DNA of 47,156 bases from Acidobacteria bacterium RIFCSPLOWO2_12_FULL_65_11 (GCA_001767495.1 MELA01000099.1:9877-57032); one strand, 5' to 3'. Shown: positions 9,584 through 19,171, numbered from the stretch's first letter. The notes: generated from the letters alone by a model not told the origin. Translations and numbers: made by a program.

Positions 9584-11842
9584 ATGACATCGAACGACGA
9601 GGGCCGAATCGGCCGACGCGACTTCTTGCGCGGAGCGGCGGCGCTCGGCACGCTGCCGGCGTGGATCGCGCTCTCTGGCCGCAACTCCGAGGCGGCCGTC
9701 GCGCAGGCCGCGTCTGCCGGCTCGCAGCCGATCCTCGATCTCGCCGAGTGGACCTATGGCTACATCGGCATGGAGACGGTGACGTTGCCGCGCGGCGAGC
9801 TTCTCACCGGTAAGAACATCTACGTCGAGTTCTGGGTTCCGCGGCAGATCCGCCATCCGTACCCGATCGTGCTCGTCCACGGCGGCACGGGCCAGGGCCT
9901 CGATTGGATGGCGACGCCGGATGGACGCCGCGGCTGGGCGCTTCAGCTCGTCGAACAGGGATACAAGGTCTGCGTCGTCGATCGACCAGGACAGGGCCGG
10001 CCGCCATACGTGCCGGATCTTCATGGGGCCTTCAGTCCGCAGGCACCGACGTACGAGGCCGCCGAGCAGAACGTCAGCGCCCTTGCCAAGCGCACGACGG
10101 CTGCCAATCCACTCGCCCAGCGGCACACGCAATGGCCGGGGACGGGCGAAGTCGGCGATCCCGCGCTCGATCATTTTCTCGCCGCGCAAGGACCGGCCGT
10201 TCCCAGCGCCGCCGGCGCCGAAGGCGCCTGGCGTTTCAGCGGCTCGAAACTGCTCGACGAGATCGGCCCCGCGATCATCCTGACTCATGGCGACAGCAGC
10301 GCCCTGGCCTGGATCGCCGCCGACGAGCGGCCGACTCTGGTGAAAGGCATCGTCGTGATCGAGCCGGTTGGTCCCACGGTGGTCGCCGGCGGCGGTGGCC
10401 GCGGGGCGGCTGGCGGCGCGGCGCGCGCATGGGGACTGACGGCGACGGCGATGGCTTTCGAACCGCCAGCCTCGGCCCCAGCGGATCTGCGGCTCGTTCC
10501 CCAGACACCGAGCGATGTCGGCATCGCCCCGTTCGTGCTGCAGACCGAGCCCGCCCGCAGGCTGAAGAATCTCGCTGGCGTACCGGTGGCCGTCGTCACC
10601 GCCGAAGCCTCGGCTGCCAATCAGCGCGATCCAGGAACGGTGTCGTTCCTGCGCCAAGGCGGCTGCACGGTCGACCATCTCAGGCTCGTCGATGCTGGGG
10701 TGCGGGGCAACGGTCCGTATCCGATGATGGAAAGGAACAGTCGCGAAGCGCTGCAGCCGATCCTTGCGTGGATCGATCGGCGGGTGAACCCGGGCGCGCC
10801 GGCGATTATCCAGGCCCCGACACGCCCCAACAGCGATTCGACGGCGCTTCGGCTCGCCGAACAGGGCTACTTCTTCGTGGGTGTCGATCGCAAGAAGGTC
10901 GCGTACGGCACGGTGGCCGTCGGTCAGAGTGGCGTCCAGTCGTTCATTCCGGTGGAGGTTCGCCACCCGAATCCGATCGTGCTGGTTCACGGAGGTCTGG
11001 GTCAGGCCGCCCACATGATGGGCATCGGCCGCCGGCCGGGTTGGGTCCACTACTTTGTCCGCGAAGGGTACCGCGTATACGTGATGGATCGTCCGGCGTG
11101 CGGCCGCGTGCCGCTTCACCCCGATACATTCGGCGCGGACTATCTGGCCGGTTTCGGCGGCGGCACCAACCTCGCCAACATTCTCCGGAACTCGGCGACC
11201 GCGCCGGGCAATCCGCGCAACACGGGACTGCGCGGCGAGGAGCTCGGGCTTCAGTTCGTCGCCAACGAATCGGGCCTGCCGCGCAGGATGGCCGAACACA
11301 GCGAGCACTGGGCCAAAGGCGCCGTCGAGCTCATCGAGAAGATCGGTCCGGCGATCGTCCTGACGCACGCCTTTGGCGGGTGCCTTGGCTGGATTGCCGC
11401 CGACCGGCGGCCAAGTCTCGTGAAGGCTCTCGTCACCGTCGAGGGCAACAACAATCCGTTCGAGGGTGAAGTGGTGTGGGGTGTCACCGCGGTCCCCCTT
11501 GCGTACGATCCCCCGGTGTCGGATCCGAAAGACATCGCGCTCGCAGACTGGACCCCGCCGGTTGGATCTCCGGGACCGAACCGGGCGTTCAGAATCCAGG
11601 CCGAGCCGGCGCGCAAGCTGAAGAATCTTGCCGGCATTCCCATCCTGTGGATGCAAGGCGAGAACAACTACTCCGGCCCCGCACAAGTCCAGTTTCTGAA
11701 ACAGTCCGGGTGCGATGCCGAGTTCATTCGCCTCCGGGACCTGGGCATCGTCGGCAACACCAACTTGATGCTGCTCGAAAGAAACAACTTCGAAGTGTTC
11801 GGTGTGATCCGCGACTGGCTGGCCAGGCGTGCGACGCGCTGA
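9584..11842 (+). CDS. Tat-exported protein with two tandem alpha/beta-hydrolase domains
   Basis: GRRDFLR signal; duplicated PIVLVHGG...GW...EGY.V.V.DRP..GR and PARxLKNLAG.P blocks. Confidence 0.85.
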   Translation: MTSNDEGRIGRRDFLRGAAALGTLPAWIALSGRNSEAAVAQAASAGSQPILDLAEWTYGYIGMETVTLPRGELLTGKNIYVEFWVPRQIRHPYPIVLVHGGTGQGLDWMATPDGRRGWALQLVEQGYKVCVVDRPGQGRPPYVPDLHGAFSPQAPTYEAAEQNVSALAKRTTAANPLAQRHTQWPGTGEVGDPALDHFLAAQGPAVPSAAGAEGAWRFSGSKLLDEIGPAIILTHGDSSALAWIAADERPTLVKGIVVIEPVGPTVVAGGGGRGAAGGAARAWGLTATAMAFEPPASAPADLRLVPQTPSDVGIAPFVLQTEPARRLKNLAGVPVAVVTAEASAANQRDPGTVSFLRQGGCTVDHLRLVDAGVRGNGPYPMMERNSREALQPILAWIDRRVNPGAPAIIQAPTRPNSDSTALRLAEQGYFFVGVDRKKVAYGTVAVGQSGVQSFIPVEVRHPNPIVLVHGGLGQAAHMMGIGRRPGWVHYFVREGYRVYVMDRPACGRVPLHPDTFGADYLAGFGGGTNLANILRNSATAPGNPRNTGLRGEELGLQFVANESGLPRRMAEHSEHWAKGAVELIEKIGPAIVLTHAFGGCLGWIAADRRPSLVKALVTVEGNNNPFEGEVVWGVTAVPLAYDPPVSDPKDIALADWTPPVGSPGPNRAFRIQAEPARKLKNLAGIPILWMQGENNYSGPAQVQFLKQSGCDAEFIRLRDLGIVGNTNLMLLERNNFEVFGVIRDWLARRATR

Positions 11843-11962
11843 CTGATTCCCCGGCTCGTCCCCTCGCGCCCTTAGCATTCAAGCACTTCCGGCAATCCCT
11901 TGGGGTTTCGGCTGTCTTGAGATGTCACACCAAATTGTCGCCGGCCAAGATAGGATGTCCGC

Positions 11963-11983
11963 CCGGCTGAAGCCGGACACTAC
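11963..11983 (-). repeat. GTAG-family REP palindrome overlapping the aminopeptidase stop codon
   Basis: Minus strand GTAGTGTCCGGCTTCAGCCGG; its TAG is the stop at 11980-11982. Confidence 0.75.
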
Positions 11984-14565
11984 TTCAGCAGCTTCGCGGC
12001 GCGAAACAGCGGATCGGCCGAGGAAAGCAGCACCCACCGCAGGCGCGGCGGGTAGTCGGTGGGCAGGCCGGCGATAAAGGCTCGGACGTCGGCCGCATTC
12101 TGTACGGATTGGTAGCCGCCGAGCGACGCGTCGGCCCATCGCTTGGGAAAGAAGATGTCGCCCGTGCGCTGGATCTCGCGCACCAGGTCGAGCGCGGCCG
12201 GAATGTACTTCTGTGACGCGGCCGCCCGCAGCGGATGGTTCAGGTATCGCGCGGCATCGAGCACCCACGCCTCGCGGGCCCGGTTCTTCACGTCCTTCAA
12301 GCTGACGAAGAAGGTATCGCGCACGGCGGGATCGGCCGAGAGCGCCGGCATGACGAACTGGAACCGCGCCTTGCGGTCGGGATTCTTGAACCGCAGCACC
12401 TGCGCGTCGAGCAGCATCGCGGCGCCCGGCACCTCGCGAAGCGCGAGGTCGAACGCCAGATCGGCTTCGTCTGCTTCAGCCAGCGGCAGGCCGGCGATCG
12501 TCACTTCGTGCGACCACAGCTGCGTGAGCCACGCCATCGTGTCCGGCGTCAGCGCCGTGCTGCGCAGGGCCGCAAACCAGGCGGCCTTGGCGCTGGTCGT
12601 CGTCGCGCGATCGAGTCCGGAGCGAAGGAGCTTCTCCAGCCCAGGCGCGAGGGAGGGTCGATCGTCGGCCGCGGTGAATCGCCAGAACGCCGTCCGCAGA
12701 TAATCGAGCATCTGCTGGACGTTCTGCTCGTCGGTCTCTCTCGGGAGCGCCACCATCAGCTCCTGCAGCACCCGCGACGACGCGACGGCGCCCTCGAGCA
12801 TCGATTCCCAGAGGGCGACCAGGGCCGCGCCGCGCGTGAGCGGATCGCCGATCTCGTGGAGTGAGTTCGCGAGGTAATCAATTGTTTCTGGATCGAGATC
12901 GAAGAAACCGTAACCGAGACCGCCGCCCACGGGCAGCACCCAGGCGGGCGCCGGCAGGCCAGCCGCCTGCGGCACCTCTGTCTCGCCGCCGGTCAGTCTG
13001 ATGTCGAAGGCGATCGGTTCGCCCGGCACGCCCACGATCACCTGCAGCCGCTCAGGCCACGCCAGATTCCGCCCGAGCGGGTCGTCCTGGGCGAATGCCA
13101 GCCGTTCGATCCGGCCGCCGGAGACGGAGAGTTTCGTCCGCACGGTCGGCCGCCCCCGCTCTTCAACCCATGCGCGGCTCCAGGCGGCGATATCCTCCGG
13201 CGTGCGCGCGTCGAGAATGCTCACGAGGTCCGACCACGTGGCGTTGCCAAACGCGTGCGCCTTGAGGTACTCGCGCAATCCGTCCCGAAACGCGCCGACG
13301 CCGACGAGCAGCTCGAGTTGGCGCATGACGATCGGCGCCTTCTGATAGATGATGGCGCCGTACAGGCTGCCTGCCTCGTTCAGGTTCGCCAGATCCTGAC
13401 GGATGGGATTGCTGCCGTCGGTCCGATCGACGTCGTACGCGATCGGATAGTGCTGATAGAGAAATCGCAGGTCGTGATTGACGGTCGGAAACGAGGGGTT
13501 GACGATCTTGGCCGCCATGAAGTTGGCGAACACTTCCTTCATCCACACATCGTTGAACCACTTCATCGTCACCAGATCCCCGAACCACATGTGCGCCGTC
13601 TCGTGCGAGATCAGGCTGGCGCGACCGAGCAGCTGGTTCTGCGTTGCCGCTTCGTCCAGCATCAGGCCGGCGGCGTTGTAGTAGATGGCGCCGGCGTGCT
13701 CCATGCCGCCGAATTGGAACGAAGGAATCAGCACGAAGTCGAACTTGCCAAACGCGTACGGGATGGCGGTGTAGTCCTCGAGCCAGGCGACCGCCTGTGC
13801 ATGCAAATCGAAGATCGTCTCCCTGTTACGCGCGACCTTGGCGGCGTCGGTCTCGCGGTGGAACATCCGGAACGTGCGCCCCTGCCGCTCGGAGGTTTCG
13901 ATGCTGAACTTGCCGGCGGCGAAGCCAAAGAGGTACGTCGGGAGCGGCTGGGTTTCTTCAAAGACCAGGACGGCCTGCCCGGGCTCGGTCGATCGTCGGG
14001 TCCCGCGGCCGTTCGACACCGCGGTCCATCCGAGTGGGATGTCGAGCGACAGCCGCCAGCGCGCCTTGAGATCGGGCTGATCGAAGCAGGGCATGGCCAG
14101 CGACGCTCGCGCGGGCACGAACAGTGAGTACATGAACTCGTCGTTGCGGTTGAGCGGCTCGTCGCCCGCGAGGAACTCGAAGTGGACGAGGTTGGCGCCT
14201 TCGACCAGCCGGCTGGGGGGAATCACGACGTGGCCGTTCTGGACGCGCGCCTCGGTCGCCTGGCCGTTGGCCGTGACGCCGGTCAGGCGTTCGGCCGGCT
14301 GTGCGAAGTCGAAGGCGAGCGGCCGCGTCGCGTCGCCGAGGACGAACGACGCCGTCACGTGCCCGCGGACCGGCTGGTCGCGGGCAGGGGGTACCGTCAG
14401 GCTGAGGTCGTAGGCAAGCGACGACACGCGCGCCGCCCGGTCTTCGGCCAGCGCCAGCGAAATGCCGCGCGAGGGCGCCTCTCTCTCGCGCCCGAGCGAC
14501 ACGATGATATCGGCGGCCACCACGGTCAGGACCACGATGCCGGCTGCCAGCAGCCCGCGCGTCAC
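11980..14565 (-). CDS. M1 family aminopeptidase (PepN-like, ERAP1-like C-terminus)
   Basis: GGMEH exopeptidase motif, HETAHMWFGD zinc motif with downstream WMKE, IYQK; N-terminal hydrophobic segment. Confidence 0.92.
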   Translation of the reverse strand: MTRGLLAAGIVVLTVVAADIIVSLGREREAPSRGISLALAEDRAARVSSLAYDLSLTVPPARDQPVRGHVTASFVLGDATRPLAFDFAQPAERLTGVTANGQATEARVQNGHVVIPPSRLVEGANLVHFEFLAGDEPLNRNDEFMYSLFVPARASLAMPCFDQPDLKARWRLSLDIPLGWTAVSNGRGTRRSTEPGQAVLVFEETQPLPTYLFGFAAGKFSIETSERQGRTFRMFHRETDAAKVARNRETIFDLHAQAVAWLEDYTAIPYAFGKFDFVLIPSFQFGGMEHAGAIYYNAAGLMLDEAATQNQLLGRASLISHETAHMWFGDLVTMKWFNDVWMKEVFANFMAAKIVNPSFPTVNHDLRFLYQHYPIAYDVDRTDGSNPIRQDLANLNEAGSLYGAIIYQKAPIVMRQLELLVGVGAFRDGLREYLKAHAFGNATWSDLVSILDARTPEDIAAWSRAWVEERGRPTVRTKLSVSGGRIERLAFAQDDPLGRNLAWPERLQVIVGVPGEPIAFDIRLTGGETEVPQAAGLPAPAWVLPVGGGLGYGFFDLDPETIDYLANSLHEIGDPLTRGAALVALWESMLEGAVASSRVLQELMVALPRETDEQNVQQMLDYLRTAFWRFTAADDRPSLAPGLEKLLRSGLDRATTTSAKAAWFAALRSTALTPDTMAWLTQLWSHEVTIAGLPLAEADEADLAFDLALREVPGAAMLLDAQVLRFKNPDRKARFQFVMPALSADPAVRDTFFVSLKDVKNRAREAWVLDAARYLNHPLRAAASQKYIPAALDLVREIQRTGDIFFPKRWADASLGGYQSVQNAADVRAFIAGLPTDYPPRLRWVLLSSADPLFRAAKLLK

Positions 14566-14628
14566 GCGAGCATCTTACATCCTGGGCCGCTTAAGTTGTG
14601 GTGGACGAAACAAGTAAGGAACTGGTAC

Positions 14629-14961
14629 TTAAGGCGCATCTACTCGGACGGTCGCAGGAGTGCTGTTGACGACCACAATGGTGTAGCTCCTGTCGGTGCC
14701 CGCGTTGAAGAAGGTTGTCGGAGATTCAGACACGTTGGTGATGTTGACGACCACCTCGTAATTGCTCGCGCCAACCGAGAGATACCCCGTGGTCGCTCCT
14801 GGTGCGACATCGCTAATGTTGATCGTGCTGCCGGAAGGCGGTTTCAACTGGACATCTGCCTCAGTCGGACGTTCGTTGCGGACTCTCACGGTGGGCGGGT
14901 CTTGAGAACATCCGATCAGATTCAACGCAAGAACGACGACGGTCAATAGAGACGGTTTCAT
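14629..14961 (-). CDS. Small lipoprotein (beta-sandwich, DUF4397-like)
   Basis: MKPSLLTVVVLALNLIG-C lipobox; visibly lower GC than flanks. Confidence 0.7.
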   Translation of the reverse strand: MKPSLLTVVVLALNLIGCSQDPPTVRVRNERPTEADVQLKPPSGSTINISDVAPGATTGYLSVGASNYEVVVNITNVSESPTTFFNAGTDRSYTIVVVNSTPATVRVDAP

Positions 14962-15340
14962 GGTTACCTTGCTGTGTGTGCGGCGTCCATCGAGCAAAAA
15001 GGGAGCCAGGTCTCGCTGCCGACGGCGTCGAGATCCTGGCCAGACAATTGTCTGTTAGATTCTGCGGCGTCGCAACTGCTGGACTTCCGTCACTGAATCC
15101 GTGATCGCGCGGTGGATTTTCGTAACTGGCAAGAGACATCGGTGCCGGATGCTAAACTTCCCTCCATGCGAATGAGAGAGACGCGGAGGGCGCTCGCGAG
15201 ACATCGCATCGCTGCGCTGGCGGTGCTCTGTGGGTATGGTCGGGCTCGGCACCGATCCCTCGCCGCACCTGCATCGACCGGAGTAATATCAGCAGCAGGT
15301 CTCAGGCCCTTTGGGTGGATTCTTTTCGCGGAGGATTCGC

Positions 15341-16330
15341 ATGCGATCACTCTTTGCGCGTTTGAGCGCCGGGGTCTTTCTCGGCATCGCCGTTCTCCTG
15401 TTTTCCTCTCCCGCACGGGCACAGGTCGTCCGGACCGCGGATGCCACGATCCGTGGCTTTCACGAATCGGACTTCCCGCGCATCAAGAAGCTGGCCGACA
15501 ACGTCTACGCCTACGAAGATCTCAACGGCACCCTCGATTCGAATCTTGCGTTCACGACCAACAGCCTCATCGTGGTCACCGCCGACGGCGTGTTGGTGGC
15601 CGATGGGCAAGGCAGCGTGGCCAAGACCAGGCGGATGATCGAGGAGATCGCGAAGATCACACCACAGCCCATCAAGTACATGGTGATCTGCGCCGATCAT
15701 GGCGATCACATAGCCGGCAACAGCGCCTTTCCGGCCAACGTCACCTTCATCGCGCACCCGACCTCGAAGGCGGTGATCGAGCGGCAGGCGCAGGCGGCGG
15801 CCGGCAGAGGGCGGGGTGGCGCGCCGCCGGCTCCGGTCCGCATCCCTCAGGAAACCGTGTCGGACAGGCGGGTGCTGACGATGGGCGGCACCGAGATCCA
15901 GATTCTCTTTCTCGGCCGGGCCCACACGGGTGGCGACCTCCACATCTTTCTTCCGCGCGAGAACATCCTGTTCATGAGCGAGGCGTTCTTCAATCGGTTG
16001 TACCCGTCGGTCGGTGGGTCGAGAAGCGCGTACCCGATTCAGTGGATTGAGACGATCAAGAAGGCCGAAGCGATGAACGCGCGGATGGTCGTGCCAGGCC
16101 ATGGCTTTGTGGACAGTCCGGATGTGCTGAAGGAAGAGCTGGTCGGTTTCCGTCGGGCGCTCGAGAACCTGGTGGCCGAGAGCCGGCGCATGCACACCGC
16201 CAACGTCTCGCTCGAGAACGCGCCGCGAGGGATCAACCTGGGCGAGTTCCAGTACTGGTACCGCGCCGCCAACAACATGCCTGATGCGGTCAGGCAGGTG
16301 TACCTCGAGATCGAAGGGAAGCTGCCGTAG
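15341..16330 (+). CDS. Secreted MBL-fold metallo-hydrolase (cyclase-like)
   Basis: GAGGA ribosome-binding site, signal peptide, ADHGDH, AHTGGD, VPGHG. Confidence 0.85.
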   Translation: MRSLFARLSAGVFLGIAVLLFSSPARAQVVRTADATIRGFHESDFPRIKKLADNVYAYEDLNGTLDSNLAFTTNSLIVVTADGVLVADGQGSVAKTRRMIEEIAKITPQPIKYMVICADHGDHIAGNSAFPANVTFIAHPTSKAVIERQAQAAAGRGRGGAPPAPVRIPQETVSDRRVLTMGGTEIQILFLGRAHTGGDLHIFLPRENILFMSEAFFNRLYPSVGGSRSAYPIQWIETIKKAEAMNARMVVPGHGFVDSPDVLKEELVGFRRALENLVAESRRMHTANVSLENAPRGINLGEFQYWYRAANNMPDAVRQVYLEIEGKLP

Positions 16331-16562
16331 ACGGCGCGTTCCGCAGACCCAGCCCCCCTTGTAGAAGAAGCGCGTGCCGGCACTGTTGCCGACGTGCCAC
16401 CCGAGAACGAATATCTCTCGATATATCCGGTGGCGTGATGAGCCGGATCGACCACGACATACCCGAGTTCTCGCGGCGTCTTGCTCAGGGAGTAGTCCAT
16501 CATCGTCGTGGCTGCGTCGACGAGCACCTGGCGGCGGATGTCTGCCCAAGCAGGCCATCATC

Positions 16563-16703
16563 GAGCAGCGCCGCATCGTCGCCGAGATCGACAAGCTCAT
16601 GGCCGTCTGCGACCGCCTCGAAGCGCAGATAGGGATCGCCGAGTCCGAGCGCCGCCTTCTCCTCGAGTCCGTGCTGCACGACGCTCTCGCTCCCGCCATC
16701 TGA
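16563..16703 (+). pseudogene. hsdS: C-terminal remnant of a type I R-M specificity subunit
   Basis: EQRRIVAEIDKLMAVCDRLEAQI...ERRLLLESVLHDAL matches the distal conserved coiled-coil of HsdS. Confidence 0.7.
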
Positions 16704-16859
16704 CGACGGCGAAGGGCCGGTCCGCCAGGTTGGCACGGGAACCGCGCCGGGCCATGAGGCCGGGAGTCGAGGCTGAGCGGGCGGCGGGAAACTATCTGAT
16801 AATGGACGGGACGGCTGGCGCACAGAACGCGCCTCCGCTCTCTCCTGACGCGAGGCAAC

Positions 16860-17303
16860 ATGGCTGATGCGATCGGACCGGCTGTCGGCGGACCCTACGT
16901 GGCGGCAGCCGTCTTCTGCGAGAAAGTGCTGCAGGAGCGCGATGGCGTGGCAAGCCTGATTCGCATCATCGATCGAACGACCGTCACCGCGCTCGGAAAG
17001 GACGCCCCGGAAGATCCCTCGGTCACGCTGGAGCAGACGTTGTTTCTCTCCTTCAAAGCAGGGTTTGCCAGAGGGAAGATGACCGTCGCCATCCAGCCCG
17101 TCTCGCCCTCAGGCCAGCGGCTGCCGGCCGTCACCACGGACGTGCTGTTCGAAGGAGACGACCGGGGTGTAAATCTCGTCTTCCAGATGAAGCTGGAGGC
17201 GAAGGAGGATGGGCTGTACTGGTTCGACGTGTCGGTCGAGCAGCAGTTGATTACGCGCGTGCCATATCGTGTGCTCTACCAGCGGATCGCACACCGAAGC
17301 TGA
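16860..17303 (+). CDS. Hypothetical protein, DUF6941-like
   Basis: 147 aa; AAVFCEKVLQERDGVASLIRIID...EDGLYWFDV; GAGG ribosome-binding site. Confidence 0.6.
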   Translation: MADAIGPAVGGPYVAAAVFCEKVLQERDGVASLIRIIDRTTVTALGKDAPEDPSVTLEQTLFLSFKAGFARGKMTVAIQPVSPSGQRLPAVTTDVLFEGDDRGVNLVFQMKLEAKEDGLYWFDVSVEQQLITRVPYRVLYQRIAHRS

Positions 17304-17616
17304 CGGACTGATAGACCGTGGTGGATGCACTGCCCGTCTTCAACGTCACAGCAGAGGGAGCGACGCCGACCACGTATGTGGTGGCCACCGGGCGAAGGAG
17401 ATCGCGTAGCTCCGACTCGGTCCAGTCACCGTTCGAGAATTCGGCAAGCCGCAGCTCTATTTCGTACACCAGCTCGTCTTCTGAATCGCCGTCGCGCTCG
17501 GAAAGGCTCCACGCGGATTGCGTGAACCGCTCCGCGAACGTGGTCAGCGACACCTCAGCTGACAGGTAGCGCCGGAGCCAGGAGCGGATGTCCGATGCAG
17601 GAGTCGTCATCTTCAT
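17251..17616 (-). CDS. Hypothetical protein
   Basis: Protein-like ORF (IRSWLRRYLSAEVSL..F.ERF...ELVYEIELRLAEFSNGDWTESELR); convergent with and overlapping the DUF6941-like gene. Confidence 0.45.
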   Translation of the reverse strand: MKMTTPASDIRSWLRRYLSAEVSLTTFAERFTQSAWSLSERDGDSEDELVYEIELRLAEFSNGDWTESELRDLLRPVATTYVVGVAPSAVTLKTGSASTTVYQSVSFGVRSAGRAHDMARA

Positions 17617-17795
17617 CTGTGAGGATCGTTCCACCCGAGTATATTCGCAACCTCTTCTCTGAGGGACGCTACGAGGAAAAACTGAGCAAGGGCGAACTGA
17701 CGGCGAAGCTGAAGCGAGACTCCCACCCGTCCCCACCCAAGGCCTTTCTTCCCACTTGCACGAGAAGTCAGGTCCTTGTGTATCTCGGTCCGGCG
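17595..17795 (+). pseudogene. Probable truncated hypothetical gene
   Basis: IRNLFSEGRYEEKLSKGELTAKLKRDSHPSPPKA...CTRSQVLVY reads as protein, then the frame decays into shadow sequence of ogt. Confidence 0.35.
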
Positions 17796-17821
17796 AAGCC
17801 CGATGCTACAATCCACGCCTC

Positions 17822-18352
17822 ATGGCGTCGCCGAGCTTTGCGCTGTTTGAGACCGCGATTGGTCATTGCGGAATCGTGTGGGGCGGGCGGGGCATCGTCG
17901 GCGTCCAGCTTCCAGAGGCGCACGAACGCGCGATGCGCAGCCGCGTGCTCAGACGATTCCGGGATGCGCACGAGGCCCCACCGCCGCCCGCCGTGCGGCG
18001 CGCGATCGATGGACTGGCCGCGCTCCTTTGCGGCGAGCCGAGTGATCTGTCAGGCGTCGTACTCGATATGGATGGCGTGCCGCCGTTTCACCGCCGTGTC
18101 TACGAGCTCGCGCGCACGATTCCGCCTGGTGCGACACTCTCCTACGGCGACGTCGCAGCGCGGCTTCGCGCGCCCGGTGCGGCGCGCGCCGTGGGGCAGG
18201 CGCTTGGGCGGAATCCCTTCGCGCTCATCGTCCCGTGCCATCGCGTGCTTGCCGCCGGCGGCAGAGTCGGCGGTTTCTCCGCGCCCGGCGGCGTCAGGAC
18301 GAAGGCGCGTCTGCTTGCGATTGAAGGCGCAGGCCAGGCCCCTAATATGTGA
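17822..18352 (+). CDS. ogt: Methylated-DNA--protein-cysteine methyltransferase
   Basis: IPPGATLSYG, ARAVGQALGRNP, PCHRV active site. Confidence 0.92.
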   Translation: MASPSFALFETAIGHCGIVWGGRGIVGVQLPEAHERAMRSRVLRRFRDAHEAPPPPAVRRAIDGLAALLCGEPSDLSGVVLDMDGVPPFHRRVYELARTIPPGATLSYGDVAARLRAPGAARAVGQALGRNPFALIVPCHRVLAAGGRVGGFSAPGGVRTKARLLAIEGAGQAPNM

Positions 18353-18355
18353 CTC

Positions 18356-18480
18356 ATGGAGCCGACGACCCGCTGCAGTTGGGCGCAAACGCCGCTCAGC
18401 ATCGCGTACCACGATGGCGAGTGGGGCCTGCCCGTCCACGAGACCAGACCCTCTTCGAGTTCCTCACGCTCGAAGGCGCC
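18356..18480 (+). pseudogene. tag: DNA-3-methyladenine glycosylase I, frameshifted and truncated
   Basis: RCSWA...YHDGEWGLPVH, then in another frame DQTLFEFLTLEGA; the expected QAGLSW and the rest are missing. Confidence 0.8.
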
Positions 18481-18535
18481 GACTGCTTTCGGTATATCGC
18501 CGCGTTGGGAAGGGCCAAACCAGTCTGGGCCAAGT

Positions 18536-19111
18536 TTAGGCCCTTCCTGCGAACTCCCGCGTCTCGGTGTGGACTTTCACCTTTTCCCCTTCTTTGATGA
18601 AGAGGGGCACCCGGAGTTTGAGACCGGTCTCGAGCGTGGCCAGCTTGGTGACGCCGCCACTGGCCGTATCGCCACGGACGCCCGGCTCGCTGGCGGTGAC
18701 CTTCAATTCCACGTGGGGCGGAAACTGCAGAGCGATGGGGTTGCCGTTGAACTGCTGAACCTGAACGATCAGGTTGTCCACCAGCAGGTCGCGGTCCTCG
18801 CCCACGACATCCGATCCGAGCGTGAGGGTCTCGAACGTCTCCTGGTCCATGAAGTGGTAGCCCGCGCTGTCGGCGTACAGATATGAAGCCGTCAGCATCT
18901 CGAGATCCGGCTCGCCGAATTTCTCGCCGGCCTTGAACGTCTTGTCAAAGACGGCGCGTGTCAGCAGGTTCCGCATCTTGACGCGCACGAGCGTCTGGCC
19001 GCCGCGCGCCGTCGGTCTGGACACCTCGACGTCGAGGCACAGATACGGCGCGCCTTCGAACTCGAAGAACATCTTCCGCTTGATGTCGAGGGCTTCAATC
19101 AGTGTCGCCAT
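18536..19111 (-). CDS. Elongation factor P family protein with an EfpL/YeiP-type loop
   Basis: EF-P domains (YLY.D..YHFMD.ETFE, PGVRGDTAS, KLATLETG..VPLFI); loop PTARGG instead of PGKG. Confidence 0.88.
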   Translation of the reverse strand: MATLIEALDIKRKMFFEFEGAPYLCLDVEVSRPTARGGQTLVRVKMRNLLTRAVFDKTFKAGEKFGEPDLEMLTASYLYADSAGYHFMDQETFETLTLGSDVVGEDRDLLVDNLIVQVQQFNGNPIALQFPPHVELKVTASEPGVRGDTASGGVTKLATLETGLKLRVPLFIKEGEKVKVHTETREFAGRA

Positions 19112-19171
19112 GGCTCCCATTCTAGCTGTGTCTTTCCTCGGGGCTGGTGCTCGGGCGCTTATCACAACGCT

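Noticed and set aside
9578-11878. Long antisense or alternate-frame ORFs (e.g. 9578-11878 -, 9904-11469 +, 15347-16861 -, 26738-28438 +, 35074-36423 +)
   Set aside because: Stop-poor shadow frames of well-supported high-GC genes; Arg/Ala-rich and without motifs.
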